Source: Azolla caroliniana
Lineage: Eukaryota; Plantae; Polypodiophyta
Assembly: GCA_043228905.1 (NCBI GenBank)
Contig: JBHGNT010000831.1
Location: 1-14,908 of the forward strand
Direction: 5' to 3'
Length of the DNA stretch: 14,908 nt
Below the pieces are notes generated by a model. The model saw only the letters and a program-made list of their open reading frames with translations. It had not been told where the DNA came from and made no database searches. Made by a program: the position numbers and the translations under genes. Below are positions 1-7,212 of the stretch, piece after piece. How positions within the stretch are numbered: position 1 is the stretch's first letter; every line of letters starts with the position of its first letter.

Positions 1-156
1 TGATCTTGTGTAGTTGCCTAACCGAAGATTTCAACTAAACTGAGATCTTAGAATCTGTCATACCAGAGTGAAGCTGACGAAAAGATCTTCAAAAAGTACA
101 AAAGAGGAGATGGTGATGAAGACAAGAAGATGGTGGCAGTAGAATCAAAACGCCAA

Positions 157-508
157 GCTCTGATTCCGGATGTTGGAGCTAGCCGTCATAATGTAGAACA
201 AACTCCTCACTCTTTGAGATGAAGATATTCAGTGAATACAAAGAAACAAATTGACAACACAAGACAATTAAATCATAAGACAAGATTAACAAAAAGATAG
301 AGAAAAGAAGTACACCAAAGTAGACACAATAGTATGTAACTGTATTATTCTCTCAAAGAGTTACAATGGCAACAACAAAATGAACAACCACAAAACTAAG
401 TTACAAAAGTCAATTAAATACTAACTAACTTAGGGCAACTGCCCTTTGCATTATTTACAGAAATAGCCTAAACCTAGTGTGTCTAATGGGATAGTGTGAA
501 TACGACCA
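157..508 (-). mobile_element. Probable 5' LTR (~171-508) plus degenerate tRNA-iMet primer-binding site (157-168) of an LTR retrotransposon running off the left edge
   Basis: Plus strand GCTCTGATTCCG-GA-TGTTGG versus canonical reverse PBS GCTCTGATACCA-nn-TG (2 mismatches); TATA-like TATTTACAG (~452-460) in minus orientation; LINE similarity stops near 515. The outer LTR boundary is uncertain. Confidence 0.45.
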
Positions 509-781
509 TTATATACCTGTTTTGGACCTGGCGGAGGTCTTCTTTAATAGTGTCCCAAAGGCTCATGAAGAAGTGAGAGGTGAGACCATTGATTCCAGGG
601 CGGTTATCTGCATCCAAATCGGAGAGTTCCTTCCATATTTCGATGATTGATAGGGAACACATGAGCCATGTATTCATTTCCATCATGACCTTCTAGGGTA
701 TGCTTTGGAGGATAATATCTTCTCTTGTGTCTTCCTCTATGGCCATACCATCTTCGTTAAGTAGTCACTTATAGTAGGTTG

Positions 782-885
782 TGGCGATATTCCTCATTTC
801 TTCACAATCTTCAGTGGTCGTTCCATCCTCTCGTGGTGATATTCCTCATTTCTTCACCATCCTTAGTGGTTGTTCCATCCTCTCG
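782..885. repeat. Tandem duplication, 2 x 52 bp (782-833, 834-885)
   Basis: The copies differ at 5 of 52 positions, and the duplication frameshifts the LINE linker. Confidence 0.95.
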
Positions 886-1134
886 GTTGAGACCGTGCAT
901 CATTGTTGTAGTGGTCTCTTGGATCGAAAGAATTCCTTCGTGGTTTTGTCCCCTACTCGAATCTAGCGAGCCATACTTCCATGAAACTCCATGTCATAGA
1001 TTGCCTTTTTTGTCATGATGAGTTCTTGTTTGGCCATGACAACCTGTCTCGCGATGACAAGTATCTCTTTTGGAGTCGTTGTAAGGTTATTAGTCCCCGT
1101 TTTGTCCTTTGTCGTTTTCCTTGAGCATCCTTAC

Positions 1135-1521
1135 TGTCATGGACATGACAACAATCATGTTGTGATTCGAACTCTTGACCTATTGTATTATAATCAATTG
1201 ATATGTTTTAACTAACAGATCCAATACATGGTCATGTTACCTTAGTAGATTATTAGTAGATTATCTATTCCACGTGCTAGAAGATTTTAGAAGCCCACAA
1301 AATTTCTAATCTAGAATCTTGTGCATGAAAATGATTCTTTGCATGGAACTACATTTAGATCCCACAAACATGTATAAATGCAGGGGTTCACCTTGACCCT
1401 AGTCAAGGTGAACAACACCGGTTACAGAATCTAATATTTTGCTTCTTTCTCTCTCTCTCTCTCTCTTAGTATCTTAACTTTCACCTAGCTCTGTTTTGCT
1501 CTACTCTATCTGTCCATGACA
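1135..1521 (+). mobile_element. Solo LTR, 387 bp
   Basis: Starts TGTCATGGACA and ends TGTCCATGACA (perfect 11-bp inverted termini, TG..CA); identical 5-bp TSD CTTAC at 1130-1134 and 1522-1526; TATAAAT at 1373-1379 followed by a CT-rich tract; LINE sequence on both sides. Confidence 0.9.
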
Positions 1522-2045
1522 CTTACTTTTAGTCTTGATGATCTCGTGTAAGATTTGAAGCTCTTGTTAGTTTAACTAGAAGTTTGTCGGATGCTGATGA
1601 GTCATTGACGAGTAATGACTATTGGGTGGTGAGTTGTTCCTTCATCTCTGTGACTGTGTAAATAGTGTGCGGAATTCGAGTTGGAATGAACCCCACTTTC
1701 GGTGCAATTGAAAATGACCGATTACCTGATAGTGATAAGAGAAAGTTATGCCTGGAGTTATGCGACACCAGCCTCCGTTCGCTTCTTGGGCCTTACCTAC
1801 ATAAATACGGTCGATGTGAGATAGGGTGGGTCCACTATTCCACCCATCTTATCGGGAAAATAATAGAGAGTCCCTTTTTTGTTGGAAGTTGTCTAAATGC
1901 CATATATCTTACAGGTTAAGGTGGACACATAACTTCTCCCACAATTTGTATTCCCTTGGAGAACTATGGGATTGTTGTTGGAGCTATCATGAAGGGATTC
2001 GATCATATTGAAATACCCTCTAATGCACCACTCCTCACCCGTTAC

Positions 2046-2408
2046 TTGAATGTTGTATCATGGAGCGTGCAAGGGCTGAGGAGTCAACTAGACCAACAAA
2101 ACTAATGGAATCTGAGGTCATCATCATGTTGTAGGAACACCACCTTGATAGTACCCGTTTAAAGGAAGTCGAAGACCTTCTACTAGGATCGTGGCGAACA
2201 ATGTGGGAGCCAACAATAGGGGATGATGGAAATCATGGTGGTATTTGCACTTTAATCCGGGAACATTTAGCCCAAGGCTTAATACATCGGGAATCACTTA
2301 TACCTGGTAGGGTGCATTTTTGCACTTTGGCCATCCAAGGGCAATGCTGGAATTTCATGAATGTTTACACTCCAAATAACAGAACTGAAAGAGCACCATT
2401 TCGGGAAT
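2046..2408 (+). mobile_element. Inverted segment of the L1: N-terminal half of the APE endonuclease
   Basis: Plus-strand LNVVSWSVQGL (2046-2078, SWNVRGL motif), VIIML*EHHL (LQE motif), GGICTLI and FMNVYTPNNRTERAPFRE (NxYAP motif). Confidence 0.85.
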
Positions 2409-2454
2409 ATGATGTTTTACGGTTCTCTTTCACATATATATGCGCATGTCAATG

Positions 2455-2820
2455 TATAAAGGCCCAAAATGCTCAAATCGACAGGAAAGGAAGCGCATGT
2501 GTGGATAAGTGACATGTTTAATCATGCATCGCAACATGGCATGCCCTACTATTGCATTACAAATTGGATTATAGTCGCCTCACCAATGGAAAAAAATATT
2601 TGGATGCATAATGGAATCGAAGGTAAGTACATGGGTTGAAAATAATTGTAAGAGATATGGACATAGCATTAGCGATCACCTTGTCATGTTTTGAGTATGA
2701 ATGGAAAAAAGTTGCTTGAGGGGTAAGGGTTTATATCGTTGCTTTATAGATTACAGGAAAGCTTTTGATATGGTACCTCGTGAGCATATTTGGAGGAACA
2801 TGGAAGAACTCAAGGTGCCA
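2455..2820 (+). mobile_element. Degenerate reverse-transcriptase fragment of a non-LTR retrotransposon, RTE-like
   Basis: MLKSTGKEAHVWISDMFN...GMP, KIFGCIMESKVSTW, and HSISDHL...LYRCFIDYRKAFDMVPREHIWRNMEELKVP (DxxKAFD at 2749-2769), with stops and internal deletions. The clade is inferred from motif style. Confidence 0.82.
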
Positions 2821-3156
2821 CCTTCCAAGTTGTACCAAAAATTAGTGTGCAGATGTTGTTGAAAGCACGCTTCCCATGAAACATAGTTTTATACTACAAC
2901 TACAACATTGATTAGAATTAATGTTTATTGGTCAAACTTTTGGCAAGCCCTTTTCATTTTTTGATTACTTACATGTGATTTTATAGCCATACAAAAGTTA
3001 CTTTTTGTATGGTTAGATTTGGCATAATATCCCATGCATCTCTATGCTCTTTTATTTGAATGCTTTAGTTTATTGAGTATCAAAGACATTTAAGGTCCTA
3101 AGTTCTAACTTGTATCCATTCTTGGTGGGGTTTCACCTGGTCTTCAAGATACAGAC

Positions 3157-3316
3157 AAACATGTGTGCATGAAATGTAATTCCATTGAAGAATAATAGAA
3201 GATGAATTTTACTACTAGGGTTAAGTTATTGAAAGGAAACATGTGTGTGTGAAATGTAATTCAATTGAAGAATAGTAGAAGATGAATTTTAATACCAGGG
3301 TTAAGTTATTGAAAGG
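3157..3316. repeat. Tandem duplication, 2 x 80 bp (3157-3236, 3237-3316)
   Basis: AAACATGTGTG...GTTATTGAAAGG occurs twice with 6 mismatches and no indels. Confidence 0.95.
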
Positions 3317-4020
3317 TGGATGAGCATGCGTAAGCTTCAAACCAGTTCAAGCAACAAGGAAATTGGTAATCATTGAATTAAAAGGTTGTCATATAGACGT
3401 TCATATGGTCCATGCCATGTGTGTGTCTAGAAGTGAGCATACATGTGTAAAAAGTGCAATTTAATTTAATCCAAGTAGGATATGACTAATAATTTTTAAA
3501 TAGTCACAAATAACCATTACTTTACGTCAATTAAGTGAACCGATTCATTTTCAAGACTCCTCTTTTCCGTATAACATGTTTATTACCTCGTTAACCTAAT
3601 ACCTTCCACCACTCTCATTCCTAGGGATACTAAGTTGAAAAAATTGGTATCGACATGGTTGCTTGGTCTATAACACTATTTCTACTATTCAAGTATGCTT
3701 AGTTGATCAAATGAGCAAATATCCTAGTGTCTGAATGGTGTTTAACTCACGTATCAACACTTTGGAAATCCAATCTTAGCTCCTCTATGTGGATACTCTC
3801 AATAAATAAATCGAAGTTAGTAATATTTATTTGTGTGTACTAACATGGACACTTTACATTTAATGAGAATTACTTGATTAAGAATAGTGTATACCTACTT
3901 AAAGTGGTCATTTTGGTTAAAACGTGAGCTACTTAGAATATACTAGGAATATGATGTTTAGAAGAGAAAGTACTTAATGCACATATCTCAAGGTGTCCCT
4001 ACATTTGTAAATAAACTTTT

Positions 4021-5620
4021 TGTCACCATCAACATGGTGAGAGAATGTTTGAAGCTATATAATATATCTCGTTAAACTAAATGATAACTCGTGTGCTCAT
4101 TGATCAATCTCTCATTGCTAATTACTTTTTTATAATGATTGTACATAAGTCTCGACTTCTTGCTGGTCACCACAATCCACTCACCAAAGTACCTATCACC
4201 TGTGATGACAACATCAAAACTCACAAACATGTATCCCCTATCAAACACCAACCATATAACGCACGATCACAAGCACAGAGAATGAAGGAGCTTGTCGGAA
4301 CCCAAGTTGTGGATGGAACTTGTGCCTCACTCTCAATGCCAATACAATCAATGTTAGGATTCTCCTCACTCGTGGTTATCACGAAGTTTGAGTGCACCGC
4401 CCAACATTACAACTAGACGTATGATCGGGCGATTGACTCAAATAAAGAAGTCAAGAGTCGCAATATGTACATGCAACAACATGGACCATAGCTCTTGACT
4501 TCTTTGTCTGAGAACATGTGACCTGCTCCACGATACCCCATCTTTTCTCTGCTCTAGCGTGCCCATCATACCATTAAACCGACGATTGAAGCCATGAGGT
4601 ACTCAGAGCCCTATTGTTACAAAGAACTTTTATGGATAGACAAAACATCGAACATATTAATTGTTCGCACTCCTCAACCCACCCCCTTCTTTTCATCATG
4701 AACGGTACCTCGATGATATGCCTATACCTTGAGGACAATACATTGCACCCATACATGAGGTTTTAAGATCAAGAGGACCCAAGTGAGCATATCCTCTTGT
4801 TCTAGTTAACGGATTTGGCTGCCCACCAAGCATTTAACATTGGCACTTGACCGTAGATGAGTGAATGGCTTTCCAAGTGATCATGGAGTCTAATGGAAGG
4901 CTAGACAATGAGTTAGGTTACAATCGATGATGGTAAGGAACAATCTACAAAAATGGATTGTTGATTACTAGGACAATGAATGAGGCTAATCAGCTAGATT
5001 GAAAGTGGTAAACCATGATCACAAGATGTAGACAAAAAAACAACCATGCCCAATCGCATGAATATATGAATGATTCTAAACCAAACCATTCATTTGTAAT
5101 ACAATATTGTGAAAGGATATATTGGATTCGATCCATGTCTATGATACTTGTTATAATACATCGGAGATCTACCTTAATCAATGTTTCTTGGCCACCAATA
5201 TGTCTCCCTTATTGAGTTCCATGATAGTTTTATGTGGGTCACACATGAGGGATATAAACCATATTGTGTATACAGGCCACCCTAAAGTGGGGTATCTACC
5301 CTCTTTTTGGGATGTCTTCATAAATGCCCTTCAGATGTAGGAAGCATAAGACTTGATTCCTCTTTACTAACATGATAGCATCTCTAATGAGAGTGAGTGC
5401 TCATTGCTCAATCACTTTCCTCCTATTTATAGCCAATCCCCACAATAACCTTCCTCCCAAGATCTAGTGAGTATGTAACTATTCACGATCATTTCTCCAA
5501 CATGTGCATGCAAAGGTGAAATAATGTGGACCTACATTTCCATCATCATATCACCATCCCTCGTCAACCTCTTACCTCACTCTCGATATACATTGTTGCT
5601 TGGTAGTGATGGTGTGGTCA
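4021..5620 (-). mobile_element. Possible long LTR or non-coding retroelement remnant, boundaries uncertain
   Basis: Starts TGTCAC at an apparent compositional shift; CTATAAATAGG on the minus strand at 5422-5432; no recognisable protein; 16/17 direct repeat at 4093-4109 and 5397-5413. No matching terminus or TSD found. Confidence 0.3.
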
Positions 5621-6920
5621 AGGGTCAGAGATTGCAGTTTCGTGTGATCGAAGGTTAAAAACCTTTGCGTGTTTGTGGGTTAGTAAGAAAAAGGTTTTAC
5701 ATAAGCCTTCCTAAATTTAAATCTTGTATGTTTTTGGCCTGTCATGGGGTTTGAAGCTTCAGGTGGTTAATGAATATTGACAACCATTGTATGTTTGCCT
5801 ATCTTATTGTGGGGTCATAACTACATTGCAACTTCTAGGTTGTTTTGGGATTCATACATTCTAGCTTTGATTGCGAGTTCATAACTCAATCATGAGCTTG
5901 AGGCTACACTAATTTGATGCATAGAATAACATATCTTGATGTTTTGGATTAATTTTTGTGAATTAATACTACCATATTTTCATGATGGAATTTCATACCA
6001 TTTCTAATGTGAGCATAGGAGAACTCAATATTGGTGATCTTTTTCTGCATTCACATTGTCTTCATGTAGGGTTCTCCAAGGATCACCAATTGGAAATGGT
6101 ATCTGGAACAAACGAAAATATCCCGATCGTCATGTCCACATTAGAGCACACACTTGTACAAACCTTCTGGTGATTGGCCATCGCCCCATGTGGTAAACTT
6201 GGCGAACACCAAGCTGATTTCTCACTTGTGATTGATGAGTAGCACACACCACCAACTCTTTTATGTCTCTGATTTTCCTGAGAGTTTCCATTGCCCCCAA
6301 TGCGGCCAAGTTTAGTTGTGTCATGATAATATTCCTGGAGGCATTCATCGGCTTCTTTCGTTAACCATCTTTCCCTTTGTGAGTCAGACTCCAATGTTAA
6401 TTTCTTCCTTGAATATACTTAAAAAAGAACTACACCAATGGCAATTCATGTGCCCCCCATGGGACCATAAGAATGGTGTTTGAAATTCACCACAATATTT
6501 CAGTTTGATCAATTCACATTTGACATGCAAAGACGGTCATTGACAATCACCTTTTTTTCATTCGCAAGTAGTTCAAACAACCAGGATTCAACTTTCATAC
6601 CAATATCATAATTGTTTTGGAAGCATTTTGATGGTTAGATCTGACAATGAAAGATTTGTAAACAAAAATTGACTATGCATGAAGATAAATTCTTTAGATA
6701 CAAAAGAGTACATACAACAAAGAAGACAACTGCCCTCTAGTGCAAATCATACATTTGTTTATAAAAATGGACAACACATATCATTCATGAAGTGATAGGA
6801 AAGTGAGGAATCGATATTGAAACTCTCTCTGTGTATGTATGTCCACATAAATGAGTTTGCCCAACCAAAGGATAAACTGTCACATCAAAAGCTTCCTCCA
6901 TAATCTTCTTCTAGACCATT

Positions 6921-7212
6921 CTACGACACATTTTCGGGGAAAACCTTCCGTAGAAACTCCTGAAACCTTTGAGCGTAAGGGTGTGGATCCACAACCGAGA
7001 TTGAGACGGAATCAAACTGGATAGATTTAAAAGCATGTTCGAGCTTCTTTAGGACATTGTACTCTTGGAGGATATCGATAATGCCGAAGCATAGGACTAC
7101 ATCATAAGATTCAGTAAACGTATCTTCTCGAGGAACTACATCTCCACTACTGACATTATTCGGCTTCCGTTCCGCTCTTGCCGGCATGTTTGCACCTAAC
7201 TGAATTTGAAGC
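6921..7212 (-). CDS. PIP5K coding exon 8 (GIIDILQEY, activation loop KKLEHAFKS, stop)
   Basis: Acceptor AATAG|G; (R)[14 protein letters not shown]...[15 protein letters not shown]. Confidence 0.94.

Larger units (their letters stand above)
515..2051 (-). mobile_element. Degenerate L1-clade LINE ORF2: C-terminal half of the APE endonuclease, linker and pre-RT region, split by a solo LTR
   Basis: Minus-strand translations with stops and frameshifts: EEWCIRGYFNMIE (~2036-1998, GDFN motif), SHIDRIYV (~1821-1798), FSYH (~1743-1732, SDH motif), R*IRVGDKTTKEFF (~968-927), EDGTTTEDCEEMRNIATTYYK, and PGINGLTSHFFMSLWDTIKEDL (PGxDG motif), in the expected order. Confidence 0.88.

Noticed and set aside
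1135-1521. The 387-bp insertion read as a MITE
   Set aside because: TG..CA ends, a 5-bp TSD and an internal TATA plus CT tract fit a solo LTR better than hAT, Mutator, CACTA, Tourist or Stowaway rules.
779-2011. Plus-strand ORFs at 779, 781, 1015, 1665 and 1826
   Set aside because: Antisense to the decayed L1 ORF2.
2201-2512. 103-aa ORF as an endonuclease-RT fusion or a real gene
   Set aside because: Chance read-through from the inverted L1 piece into the RTE fragment in a non-RT frame; a stop and a frameshift lie upstream.
4081-5340. Short ORFs at 4081, 4574, 4990, 5015 and 5122
   Set aside because: No recognisable domains or supporting splice structure.
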